From: Botryllus schlosseri
Taxonomy: Eukaryota
NCBI GenBank assembly: GCA_051294905.1
Contig: CM119376.1
Location: 5,084,001 to 5,148,000 of the forward strand
DNA length: 64,000 nucleotides
Direction of reading: 5' to 3'
The position numbers were made by a program, and so were the translations under genes. The notes under the pieces are model-generated. The model had not been told where the DNA came from. It saw only the letters and a program-made list of their open reading frames with translations, and ran no database searches. Shown piece by piece: positions 11,736-38,248 of this stretch; position 1 is the stretch's first letter; the number at the start of each line of letters is the position of its first letter.

Positions 11736-12794
11736 CGCATGATCGTGTAAAACTAGGAATGCATCAAAGCGGCTAGAACACCTTTATAGTCCGCGAACAA
11801 TTTTTGCGAGCTAGTCAATTCGATGTCTCAACCTCATTGTGCTTGATACAAAAGAGAAATTAGTGATTGGATACGCGTTTTCCAGTATATAATCATCTGT
11901 TTCGTCCATTTATTCTTGTCAGCTTGGAACAGTAGTATTCCTGAATTTTAATATTTTAATGCAATGCCACGCGTGAGCGTGTAGTCTAATTCGTCACTGA
12001 CATGGTGCATTGTGTAATACTTTGCGTCAGTTGTCAAATATTCATGCAACACCAGTTTCTCAGTGACACTAATTCTGAGTTTATTCAGTTCTTTTGAAGG
12101 AAGACTTTCAATATTCCCGTAAACTTGATGGACACCGGACGGACTGGTAACGATTGCATCAATATCAAATTTCAATCCATTGGGTATTTGGTAGAAAGTG
12201 AATTAGCGAATTCACTCAAGTTGCGCTTGCTGAAGTTACACTTTAACAGTCGCACGATTTCAAGATGACAGTCAACTGCATGGTTTGATATGAGCGACTG
12301 AAGTGCCTGTATTAAAACGTCGCATCGGTGTTTTCATGCTGTGCACAATACACAGCAATGCCGTGGAGTAAAGTTATGAACTATGAATTTATCATAGTGT
12401 CCTATATGGTGTGGACACAAGCAAATCTCACGGCTCAATGAAATTGGTCTACGTCACACTTTCCATTCGGTAAATGGTCAAATTGACGAGTATCCATGTA
12501 ACGGTCAAAAACACGCGAAGAAAGGCGCTTACGCAAGTGGCGAGCGAATTTCTTGTTTCAGAAGTGATTTATCTTCATTGTAAACCAGAGGTCTCAAACA
12601 CGTGGCCCGCGAGAGCATTTTGTGCGGCCTGAGACGGCATTTTGGAATTTCAAATATTCAACAATATATTCTAGTGCCATACGTCATTTTTAGATATATG
12701 AACTCTCAGTTCACCCTAAAACTGCTATGAAAATCACTGACATCTCAACAAACTTCACTATAACATCACTTTTAAAAGCTACCATGCGGTAGAA

Positions 12795-13521
12795 CTGTGG
12801 TTCCCAACCTTTTTCGTCTCGTGCCCCCCATGGCCGATATTTGAGCTAAAATCCCCCCCCCCCCTGTGTAAAAGTTGCCTGTGACTAAAAAATGTGCTTT
12901 TTAACGCGCCACCATTTGTTGACTGAACAAATCGTGGCCAAACATATTCAGATATGTCCGAACTATGGCGAATACAGACCGCACTAAACTTTGGTAAAGT
13001 ACAGTCAAATTTGAACTGTTTTTGACCGGTCGGGTAGCCGCTGACGAAAAATAAATCACCAAGTCCGCTTGCTATGGACTTGATTTGAATCGATCAATTT
13101 CGTACGGTATGTTTTTCACGTTAGCTCATATGTTGGCTTGAAAAGTTAAACAATTTCACTAGCGGCCTTGTGCTGAATTCGGCTTGATGTTTTCCTGCTT
13201 AGTAGCAATTTGGTCGAGGGGCTGTCGCGGACCCAACGAAATCGTCTCGTGAGCCTCACTTTATCGGGGGGTGTAATATATACGAAGGCATTTAAACACA
13301 CACATAGCTTTAAATCCGCCAAAGAAATATACAATTGTAAAGAACTGATTTCTACTTAACAGTTCTATACCATAAAAATCTAAAAAACCTTGTGAACCCA
13401 GAGTATCTTCCGATACAATGCCAAAGCCAGATTTCCCCTAAAAGAATTAAGCCAGATTCCCCCCTAAAAGTTTCAAAATTCTCCCCAAGGAGGGAATTTC
13501 CCCCCTGGTTGGGAACCACTG
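12795..13521. mobile_element. Family C-type MITE ends (cagtggttcccaacc), possibly one element
   Basis: ctgtggttcccaacc at 12795 and ggttgggaaccactg at 13521; no TSD match, so the pairing is uncertain. Confidence 0.4.
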
Positions 13522-13587
13522 GTCTAAGGATTGGCTGAAGCAGCCGTTTATGTTTAGCACTTATCAGATTCTTACAGCACAACAAAT

Positions 13588-13830
13588 CTACCCGTAAGTG
13601 TTGTCAAAGTCCTCAATGATGCCACAGAAATAGGTCAGACAGACCATATACTTTCGATAGTTGTGGTTTGAGTGATTGTATGTTACTCTTCCAAGATATG
13701 TCCGAATCCAGTAAAACATCAAGGTATTTGGCATTTTTAATATTGGAAATTGTTTGGCCAGCGATGTCAACGGTTAGGTTATCGCAGGAGTTCACGACCA
13801 ATGATTGAGATTTCGCAGAGCTAACCCGAA
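13588..13830 (-). mobile_element. LINE RT fragment, same family as 9885-11050
   Basis: KYLDVLLDSDISWKSNIQSLKPQLSKVYGL, closely similar in nucleotide sequence to about 10620-10810. Confidence 0.75.
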
Positions 13831-14469
13831 GGCTATTGTAGGCATAGGCGCCAACTTACGCGGTTACGAGGTGGCGCAGTTGTGGATAACAAAATTTGGT
13901 ATTATATACCTTGATGAGGGAATCTAACACTGTACCAAGTTTCAAGGCTGTGACTCGATAATTACAGTAGTAATAAGTACGTTGTCGAAGTTTAGTATCC
14001 AGGGTCTGCGTTCGCTGATTTGGCATTGAGCCACCGCATAAAGGAATTTTCGCGAAATTTGATATTGGTATATGTGAATTTTCAAAGTGTTCCATACTGA
14101 GATGGATGACGAAATTCGGTATGGTATATCTTGGTTGTGTTATACAACTTCGCAGTATGTTTCAGGATTGTCACTCAATGATTAGCATAGTAATTCCGTT
14201 AACAAAGTCGGCAATATATCGGTGCGCGCTCATCTACCATATACTCGACTTTGACAGAGAAATTATTACGCTAATCATTGAATCAGAGTATTGAAACTTG
14301 GTACAGTGCTAGATGACAGCATCAAAATATGTCACTCAACTCGATATGGAACACAGTCAAAATCTACAAAGACCAATAGCGACTGTGCATTTAATTGCTG
14401 CTGCAGACGGATCGATAATAACAAAGTAAGGAAAGGTATCTGGTCGTGACAGTCACGTGATTTTCCGAG

Positions 14470-15142
14470 TGTCCACTACTGTCCACACCACCTTTGAGTA
14501 CACGCTGGTATCACCGTCTTTTCACGCTGGCTCGAACGGGGAAGCGGAGCGTTTCGTCCAGACTTCAAAAGCTGGATTGATAAAAAATTTGCGACGGGGG
14601 GAAAAGATGTCAACTTAGCACTCCAAACACTTCTCGCTACGTACCGATGAGCAGCGCGCCTGGGCATAGACTGGAAAACGGCGGCTGATATTTTACATGG
14701 TCGGCAGCCGCGCGATTTGTTGAGTGTGTGCTCGCCCTTCGACAAATCGAAATCCGTTACGCCTAGACAATCAGTCACTCATTTCGAGATTGGTTCCTCG
14801 GTCTAACGCTCGCACTTACAGACGCGGACCAAAGTGGGTTGGAGGCGTTGTGACGGAAATACTGGGGCGTGTTGTGTACATTGTAAAAACAGATCATGGG
14901 TATTGGAGAGGGTATAAGAACCAACTCCAACCACGCTTGATTTCAGCTGGCAATAATACAGCTGCACAGGAAGTTGCTCAGCCTCAACAGTCACAAGCTG
15001 AGCAACCATTGGTCAGAAATAGGGCACAACGTCTTGTATGGCTAGTCCTGCTCGAACGTCGGGCAGACGTTATCCGCTTAGAATGAGAAAACAAACCGAT
15101 TTCTACCGGCCAACGTAATGACCTTGTACTCTTAACTTACAG
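14470..15142 (+). mobile_element. Decayed Gypsy-type LTR retrotransposon integrase 3' region
   Basis: Disrupted peptide SPSFHAGSNGEAERFVQTSK...LLATYR...AADILHGRQPRDLL and GPKWVGGVVTEILGRVVYIVKTDHGYW...NQL, resembling Gypsy (K02A2.6-like) integrase C-termini. Confidence 0.75.
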
Positions 15143-15404
15143 AAGTGGTTCCCAACCTTTTTCCACCTACGTACCATTTCGAGGTTTTATGCAGTGCTAA
15201 CGTACCACCTTCATAAGTTACGAGCGCCGGAGGCGGTCAAAACATGTTTCCACCGTGTTGAGCTGTCGAAGGCAGTGAAACAGAAAATAAATTGCCGATT
15301 TTAAGGCGCAATATATGATTTCTGTAATGGATCCATTTGGGATTCTTGTGGTCAACTATATCAAAACGGTGTTTGATTAAGTAAGAATCCCAATGCTTTA
15401 CAAC

Positions 15405-16649
15405 CAGGGCTTTGGAGCAGCCGTAAATTCAAACTGCTCCAGCTCCGGCTCCGGAGCTCTCTTCTATCATACATTAGCTCCGGCTCCAGCTCCGGAGCAG
15501 CATTATTACCACCGCTCCGGCTCCGAAATTATCGAATGGGCCTGTCTATATCAGGGGTGGCCAACCCGCGGGCCAAATGTGACCCGCGAGAGGGTTTTGC
15601 GTGGCCCGCGAGGTAATTTCCTATTATATTATCGAAAATGAATTGCGCTCATATTGTGAACTTGCAATGCCAACCAAAAATTACAATTCTGGCTGCGACA
15701 CTTGGGATGTTGATGACTAAAATAGCAGTTCCGACACATTGGCAGATCCAGGGTCCAGTCATATTTTCAGTAAATCATCGTACATTACAATAAACTAAAA
15801 TAGTAGCGAAATTTTTTTGCACGCTTCGCGTGTTGAATTGTCACACGATTTTTTGCTTGGTAGCCTACCCCCTACTAAAAATGAAAAAAACGCTTAATTT
15901 ACCCGATTGAGTCTAACTGTATTCGCAATTACGGGAGAAAGTCTTTTCGCGTTTGCGCTCGCATAAAGATCGTCGACGGTGAAATGTAGGCACAACATGA
16001 TAGTCGCATATTATCGGGGACCTTCGATATCGATGTGACCAGACGCCGAATAGTGTCCTTGCAAACTGAGCCTAAAGGGCGGTATACAATAGACCCGCAA
16101 TACTCAAGTAATAATATTATTGACCTATAGTTTATTATAAACTTGGAAAATTTTACCCGCTTGGTGCGGCAAGTGGACCGCACACTCGTTCGTCAATTGC
16201 ACGTGCACCTTTAGCCGAAAAGGTTGGTCATACCTGGTCTATATAGATTACTAATCTACCTATAGGTTAGTTATCAATAGTAATCTAGAGTCTCTCAGCC
16301 GTCAGTAACATTCGATGTAGCTACGAAGACATCTAGGTGCCACCGTGCCGGCTGGTGACGTCATACTGAATACTTGTCGACAACATCATAGTTGCACTAG
16401 AACGCACTTTACTATATGCCATTGCTGTGCGCAGCATTAAAATTCAGGCCTGTTGTTCAATTATGATAAATCAGCAGATGTGGTTATTGGATATATATAA
16501 TGGCATTTTATGAAATAGGTCGGAGCCGGAGCTACTCCACAAATAACGGGCTCCAGCTCCGGATCCGGCTGAATTTTATGAAGAGATCCGGCTCCAGCTC
16601 CGGTGAAAATGCACAGCTCCGGGGCTCCGGCTCCGGCTCCAAAGCCCTG
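15405..16649. mobile_element. hAT-like MITE family D (GCTCCG-rich), nested
   Basis: Termini cagggctttggagc / gctccaaagccctg; perfect TSD TTTACAAC (15397-15404, 16650-16657). Confidence 0.85.
15552..16236. mobile_element. hAT-like MITE family E (ggcccgcg-rich), innermost nested element
   Basis: Termini caggggtggccaacc / ggttggtcatacctg; perfect TSD GTCTATAT (15544-15551, 16237-16244); related copies at 23385-24082 and 59439-60106. Confidence 0.85.
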
Positions 16650-16677
16650 TTTACAACTAGATCTCTTTCCCGTAAGT

Positions 16678-17001
16678 CAGTGGTTCTCAAACTTTTTTAA
16701 ACATGTCCCCCTTTTTGATAGTGAAAAATTTCAAACCCCCTTTATCCTGATATCACAAAATCGTAAAGAAATAGATCAGAATCTTAGCCATCCCAACGGA
16801 TAGTTTGATGGCATTAAAGGTTATAGCTATTGATGGGAGGATTCTAAAATATGAAATTGGAACAATAGACAGAGTAAACACCATGAGCTGGAGTTGATTC
16901 GCGCGGAGCGCGGAAAACTTTTCAGTGAATTGTGACTTAGCGCACCTCTTCAGCTGCTTTCGCGCCGCCAAGGGGGGTGAACCCCAGTTTGAGAACCACG
17001 G
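16678..17001. mobile_element. MITE (cagtggttctcaaac termini) inside the outer family C element
   Basis: cagtggttctcaaac / gtttgagaaccacgg; TSD degraded (5/8). Confidence 0.65.
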
Positions 17002-17187
17002 ACGTAGGCCCTCAATGGTGGGATTGCCCTATCCACGATGACGACGACGGCTTCAAAAAACTCGAAATCAACCCCTCCTCAAGTAATACCTCCCTTCGGT
17101 TGAAATAAAAAACAGAATATACTCGCGTACCACCTGGAAGACCTTCGCGTACCACAGGTTGGGAACCACTGACTTACAGGGAAGGAC

Positions 17188-17380
17188 TGTTATGTTCGTA
17201 CATTTTACGTCGGTATCGTTTGTCTCCTATTTGTCTAGGATTAGTAATTACCGCCGATCATTATTTCCTCGTGTGTCGTGCTTCGTATTTATACCCTATG
17301 TGTTCTGTTGTCTACTGGTCTTGTCGTTTAACTGAACTCCGGATCGTGTCGCCTGTCTTAAAGTTATTCTGCCGATAATA
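17188..17380 (+). mobile_element. Probable 3' LTR of the Gypsy remnant
   Basis: After removing the MITE stack, the integrase end is followed by a purine tract (agggaagga) and then TGTTATG, a typical PPT-LTR junction; the right boundary is approximate. Confidence 0.5.
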
Positions 17381-17867
17381 TACTGAATCCATAATGCAAC
17401 CTCGTCGTATGAGTTATTGTTCAAACAAGATCAAGAACATAACAACCAGAGTGTTAGCAATCCTTACAGATATTGATGAATTAAACCACATTTGACGTGT
17501 AGGCTTTATTATGTAACCTAACAATTTTATCAAGTATCTAGTACACTTTGAGAAAAAAAGTCATTTTTGAACACCCCTACTGCACAAACCCTCTGGACGT
17601 CGCATCATCAATTGCAATCATTGCTGATCATTGTGCGCGACCCTGCCTGGATTCTGATTATTTTAAGAAGACATTCGTCCTTGCGATGCATGATGATTCG
17701 GTAACGTCATATTTTGTGATGCGATTGTTGACATACAACTGACACCGCAGGCTCCAGGCCAGCGTTCGGTCTCAACCTGAGTGGGGACGGATTAGCGTGA
17801 AATCGAGTTACCACATCAGCGTATAGTATCCTATTTTAGCCTTAACTGATATAAATTAACATCTCAC

Positions 17868-17981
17868 CGGCAATTTTGCGTCATCCAGCGGTGAGCGATC
17901 CGCCACCAAAACGTGGTAATGCGCATTCGCCAATGACGCTACGCTTGCAGTGACTAGACATGCGAAGACGATAGCCTGCAT
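17868..17981 (-). CDS. Putative first coding exon encoding a signal peptide (MQAIVFACLVTASVASLANAHYHVLVADRSPLDDAKLP); parent gene unresolved, possibly the CUB gene
   Basis: ATG at 17981, hydrophobic core and A-x-A type cleavage motif (ANA|H), 38 codons ending at a phase-0 donor CCG|GTGAGA. Confidence 0.5.
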
Positions 17982-18730
17982 CTTCGCTCGATGAGATGGA
18001 AGTACAGTATGACATTCTTCATTTGTACTTAAGGTTTTATACAATTTTGCAAAAGTTCCACATCATCTCCACGCCACGTGTTGACACGCAGCTGAGACAT
18101 ATAAAATTATTCCCAAGGACTGTCGGCGTTTTGTTCACACTTATCAAGATTATAGTTCGTCGTAAATGGGGAATCGGTATTGTGCTATAAATACCATTCC
18201 ACAGGCCCCTTCTCCCAATATTTACCTTGTCGAAACAGCAGGTAAACAAAAATATTGCTTGTTTTTTTATAATTCGTCTGTGTTTACAAATTTCCGTCAT
18301 GACATCGCCACGAAAAGTTTGTTAGCTTCCTATTTGGACCGGTGAAATCGTCGTGTATTCATAGATGAGACTCGTTTGACAGTCATCAATTTGTGTGTAA
18401 TTGCGTTGAGTGAGGTCTTGAATAAATTTCAACGTTGTTCCATGAACTATATTAGGAATTACCCAGACATGTCCGGAATTTCACTGTTAAAACTGCGTCC
18501 GGGAGGAATTTCTAAAATATGCCTAAATGTTCGGAATTTTGAAGGCTTGAAGTAACCTCATAAAGATTTCTTAAATCAACATAAACAATGGGCAGATTAA
18601 TATGCTACACGAAATTTTTCTTCGCGCTGCGCCCGATTTAGTGTCACATATGTTGGTTTTATAATATGGGCAGGGCCGTAACAGCACTTCGCCAGCCCCC
18701 CCCCCCAAAAAAAAAAACGTTGGTCTAGGG

Positions 18731-18924
18731 CAATGTTCCCTCTAATTTTTGACGAGTCTGCGCACACTCACCAAATCACTGCGCAGACCCTTGGACAACG
18801 TTGCGTATCGACTAAAAAAAAGGTCATCACTTCGGATTTTTTGTGCGCAACTTGCATTGTCTGTGCGCAGAGACCATGTCAGCACTGCGCATTTGCGCAC
18901 GTGCGCAGCTTAGAGGGAACATTG
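18731..18924. mobile_element. hAT-like MITE family I
   Basis: Termini caatgttccctctaa / ttagagggaacattg; TSD gtctaggg / gtcttggg (7/8); second copy at 58753-58911. Confidence 0.8.
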
Positions 18925-19104
18925 GTCTTGGGCCCCCCATATGTTGATGAACCGAACTTCTGGGGGGCTTCGCCCCCCAGCTCCTCCTCAGCCTGTTCGC
19001 TTATTACTGCTACTTACTTATCCTCTACATTGGGGGCCGTTTAGAGGGGAAGCTTTTCTCGGCTAAACGCGTCAAGCGCGAAAAATTTCTATAATCCATG
19101 ATTC

Positions 19105-19545
19105 AATAGGTCAATATCATCGGGAATTGCATATCTGTTGCTATCAATTTTTATCCTCTCTCTGCTCACGTAATCAGATTTACAGGTAGAGCTGAGTGAG
19201 GTGTGTTGGAAAAATGAGGACCCGGCCCTCAATATTATAATTAAACATCTTCGGGCGTATACCCGTTGGCAGGAATGAAACAGTACTTCGTCCGGCCCCG
19301 CAAAAAATCTTAGGTCTGGGGCTCCCATAGGGTGAGAAACCTATAGCCCCCATCACCTTGTTCGCTTTTGCCACGAAACGAGTTGTACTGCTTAGTGAGC
19401 CAGCTCGAAGCACGAAAATTTTCGAAAATTCATGATAAAATCGGTCAATAAGATCGGGAATTGCATGTATATTGCTATCAACTTCTTATCTTCTCTGCTC
19501 ACGTAATCAGATTTACCGGTAGAGCTGAGTGAGGTGTCTTGGACA
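19105..19545. repeat. Diverged direct duplication of about 100 bp
   Basis: tcgggaattgcat...ctctgctcacgtaatcagattta.ggtagagctgagtgaggtgt occurs at about 19121-19205 and about 19455-19538. Confidence 0.7.
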
Positions 19546-19985
19546 CTGTAGTAGGCTAGGGCCCGTTGGTATGACTCCTTAACATGATGTTATTTCGTGA
19601 CCTCCTGTCTGCTATAAAAAAAATGAAGAATCGCCATAACAGGCTACGAAACTGAAAGACGCAGACGATTTCAAATTGGTATTTCTTCACTGGCATATAA
19701 TTTTTCCCTGTGGGATGGTATTTGTCTTGTGAGGTTCAGATTGCCAAGACAGTATTTTGTATATAGCGAAGTTTTCGGTCAGCATTAGGGCAGTGCTTTT
19801 CCGCCAAGGTTTTCTCGCTGCCGATCGTTCTGGCACCCTCCTTGGAGTCGCATGTTACATGGCGTACTTTATGTCTTGGTGCGTCGTGGCGCGGTAATGG
19901 CCAACGCCAATATGCTCATTTCTACAAATCTTGTGTATTTTTTCTTGGGGGAAGAGAACCCAAAAATCAAGATAATTGGTAACTT

Positions 19986-20425
19986 TAGGCTTACCATACG
20001 TCCTCTTTTAAGAGGATTTGTCCTCTCTTTTGACTTTTTTGAAAGTGTCCTCGGAGGACGCCCTTTTGTCCTCTTTTTTGAGATTTTGTCCTCTTTTTTG
20101 AAAATTTAGGTCAGATTCACAGCAAATTGCGAGTGGTATGCCGCAAATTAGCACAGAAGTGAAGCTCCGGCGGGTATTTCGGAGTGAAAAACGGTGAATT
20201 TAGCTCTGAGCGAAAAGATGACCTTTTTTTTTTAGTCACCCACCTGGCAACGTGGAGAGAAAAACGGTATTTTGAGCTCTGAGCGGAAAAGATGACCTTT
20301 TTTTCAGCCAACCGATCACAAACTGGGAAAAATTCACCGGTGTTTGAGAATTCTTCTCTGGTTTTGCAAGTCTGAAATTACTGAAAAGTGTCCTCTTTTT
20401 AGATTTCCAAAATATGGTAAGCCTA
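19986..20425. mobile_element. hAT-like MITE family A, intact copy
   Basis: Perfect 13-bp TIR taggcttaccata / tatggtaagccta; perfect TSD GGTAACTT (19978-19985, 20426-20433). Confidence 0.88.
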
Positions 20426-20564
20426 GGTAACTTGAAATCGCGCACTGCGCGAAAAATTTTTGAAAGAGTTGCATAAGTTTCAAAAAATACTATATAATTT
20501 ATGCTAATTCACGAAATAATTTTGGGCCCCCTTTGAGCTCGCCCCCCTCAATTGGGGGTTATCA

Positions 20565-20935
20565 TAGGGTTACCAACTTACCATACGTCCTCTTTTGAGA
20601 TGATTTGTCCTCTTTTTTGATTTTTTTTAAAGTGTCCTCGGAGGACGCCCAAATGTCTTCTTTTTTGAGATTTTGTCTTCTTTTTTTGAGGATTTTGGTT
20701 ACGTACAGGGCTAAATTCGACTGATATACATTAAGTCAGCACTGTAGGAACGCTACAGCGGCTATTTCGGGAGCTGGACCGGAAAGTTGACCGTTTTTTT
20801 CAGTCAACCTCCCGTTAATGTAAATGAAAAACTGTATTTTCCCGACGTTTAGCCTCTTTTTCCTTTTTAGTCAAGCGACCACGAAGTGGGAAAAATTTAC
20901 CATTTTTCAGGATTTTCCCCCGGTTTTGAAAGTTA
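20565..20935. mobile_element. MITE family A, 3'-truncated copy
   Basis: tagggttacc start and internal family A sequence; no right terminus seen. Confidence 0.7.
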
Positions 20936-21637
20936 TCAATACCTACATAAATATATAGTTACTGCTCGTTCAATTAGAAAGTTAGGGCACATTGCATTGA
21001 AACAGCAGTGACGTAATGTTACCAGTCTATACTCACAACTTTCCTGCAATTCTATAATTAAAAACTACAGAGGCCAAGCCAAGCAAGAGTATTTTATAAA
21101 TATAAATTTTATTTTTTGTCATAAATCGATTTCTTAATATATTCTGGGGGCCGCACTTGGGAATCACTGCTTTGGACCAACCGGGTAGGGACCGATGATA
21201 CGTTCGAGCAACAAAATTTCGAACGTTCATAAATATTTTTTGAAAAGGCGGATATTGATGTAAATGTTCGCGATAGGTAGGTAGGGCTTGTATCAAAGTG
21301 TTGAGCAAGCAAAAGATCTGCTATTGTTGGCTGAAGATTTGAGGGCCGGCAAGAGATCATTTTGGAATTTTTTATCCATCAGTACCACATCTTCCCTACA
21401 TTGGATGGACAGAAACAAACGATAACATAAAAGGAGGCGACGGAAATGAATGTGACAGGTATCGGTCGGCGAGGTCGATATGTCAGATAGCGGTCTGGTG
21501 TATGCACTACAGGCGCATTTGTGAAGAGCTTCACCATCATCACCATTCAATTCTCCACAAAATATGGTGAGGGTGTTCAACAGCTTGGAAATATACCTCA
21601 AGGTCATATCGATCATTCCTACCACATACCGAATAGG

Positions 21638-21988
21638 TAGGGTTACCATAAGTCCTCCTTTGGGAGGATTGGTCCTCCTTTTTGAGGTTTTTGAAAACGT
21701 CCTCCGAGGACGCCTAAATGTCCTCCTTACTGAGATTTTGTCCCATTTTTTGATAGTTTTTGTTGAATGTAGGGCAAATTCGACTGAGATAGAGTAAATC
21801 AGTACTGAAGTAACGCTGCGGGGGCTATTTCGGGAGCTGAGCCGGAAAGTTGACCGTTTTTTAGTCAACCGCCCGATAATGTAGAAGAAAAACTGTATTG
21901 GCACTGAGCTATTTTTCAAGATTCTCTTCAGGTATTCTAAATTTGAAAAAGTGTCCTCCTATCCCGATTCCAAAATATGGTAACCCTA
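21638..21988. mobile_element. MITE family A
   Basis: Perfect TIR tagggttaccata / tatggtaacccta. Confidence 0.85.
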
Positions 21989-22647
21989 CCGGTCTACTGT
22001 GGATGCATATTTTCTGTGTCACCACGGTACCATCACTGTCGTCCGTTTGTTATCCGCTACGTAATGTAGTTAACTAAAGAAGAAATGACGGTACCAGCCG
22101 ACCGCAGATAGACCGGATAAAATAGAGAACATGTGATGGCGAGCAAATGCAACTTAGCTAGGTTAAAAATTGGAAGATAGTTTCGTAGCTTACCGATTCT
22201 ATAAAGTTGGATTGATCATGGGAAACCTTCCATGCGTCAGTCTAATATCACGCGCCCTCGTCTTTTATTTCCTCTACTACAAGACTTGTTAGTAGCTCAA
22301 CTCGAACGGAATGTTCCAACCAGCATCTTTTCTTGCCTGCAGCCCCACGTGTGTAGCTCCTCATCTCACCCTCCCTATGTTACGATTGTTGATGACAATC
22401 CATGCTTGGCGATAACATTTTCATGCGACGGGTACAGCAACCGCAGACATAGGGTCGTATATGAATTTATGGCACCAAGTTCAACTGTGTTCCAGCTATG
22501 TTGTAGGCCTATTTCAACTATAGCATACGATATAAGATATAATAATCCGGACGTAAGTGGTGCATCAGCGATGTTTGGTAGCGCATCCGCGTCATATGTA
22601 GTTCGGTTGAAATATTCCTTCATCTAACTCATGTTTTCTTAACGAGA

Positions 22648-37325
<14,678 letters not shown>

Positions 37326-37762
37326 CTAAAAAAGGAATTAAACCAACACAATCCAAGCAGAATATTTTACATATGACTAGAGTCAATAGGCTGTTAAGAA
37401 AATTTACATGCGAGTAATATTTTATCAACATATATAACAGATATAAGGTAAAATATTCACAAAAATGTAAAAGAATCAATGCAATTCAGATGCAACCAAA
37501 TGATTAGTTTCATTGAAGCCAAGAGATATGGACATGGGATACTGTACCTTAATAACATCTTAGGCCCAAAATAACCAGCTGAATACTGATTCGCTTACAT
37601 TCAGTTATGACAATCAATGCCACTCTCACTCTCACAAGGAAATACAAAAACCAGAACCCGTTTGTGCCACGTATATTCTTCTATAAGCCCTATTGCACAA
37701 GTGATTTGTAAATCACAGTGGCGACATCAGAAGTGAAGTCTTAGATCCTGTTCATTGTTCAT

Positions 37763-38248
37763 TCAACCATTAGAATGCTTCTCTTTCTGAGCGATGGAAG
37801 TTGATGCCCCGTTCTTCCCACTTGAAGCTTTTCCCTTATCCTTGCATTTCTGGTTGTCCGATTTTTCAAGAATGATAATTTGATCTATATTTTCCGGTTT
37901 ATCATGCCATAAAACGTAGTCCTCCTTACACGGGAATCGTTTTTTAAAATTGCAATTAAGACACTCCACTGTGATAAGTTGGTTTTTGCCTTCCACCAGT
38001 CTAACCTTCGAGGATATACCGGGAATTAAGAGTAGATCGCAGATTTTGCACAGTGTCCTTTTAACATTTGGGTGCAGACGAATCACGTTCTTCTTTGCCA
38101 AAGCTCTCATCGTTGCTGTATAATGCCTAGACAAGTCCCAATCGGCGCTACATCCAGTTAGTGAGGTGTGGGCTGCTTGATATAGAAAGTTCAACCGGTG
38201 GAACACGTCCTTTTGATGCAATCTTGACTTTTTCGCTGATTTCCCCAT
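37763..38248 (-). CDS. RPP21: Ribonuclease P protein subunit p21 (Rpr2/Rpp21), single exon, 161 aa
   Basis: HRLNFLYQAAH motif, VKRTLCKICDLLLIPG and VECLNC zinc-binding cysteine pairs match the Rpr2/Rpp21 family. Confidence 0.92.
   Translation of the reverse strand: MGKSAKKSRLHQKDVFHRLNFLYQAAHTSLTGCSADWDLSRHYTATMRALAKKNVIRLHPNVKRTLCKICDLLLIPGISSKVRLVEGKNQLITVECLNCNFKKRFPCKEDYVLWHDKPENIDQIIILEKSDNQKCKDKGKASSGKNGASTSIAQKEKHSNG

Larger units (their letters stand above)
15143..17171. mobile_element. hAT-like MITE family C (outer element of the nested stack)
   Basis: Termini aagtggttcccaacc / ggttgggaaccactg; perfect TSD ACTTACAG (15135-15142, 17172-17179). Confidence 0.85.

Noticed and set aside
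21640-21919. N-terminal half of the 208-aa ORF 21293-21919
   Set aside because: It reads through a family A MITE; the same pseudo-peptide (LTKKR.TFRLS.RNS) recurs at 44020 and 45620.
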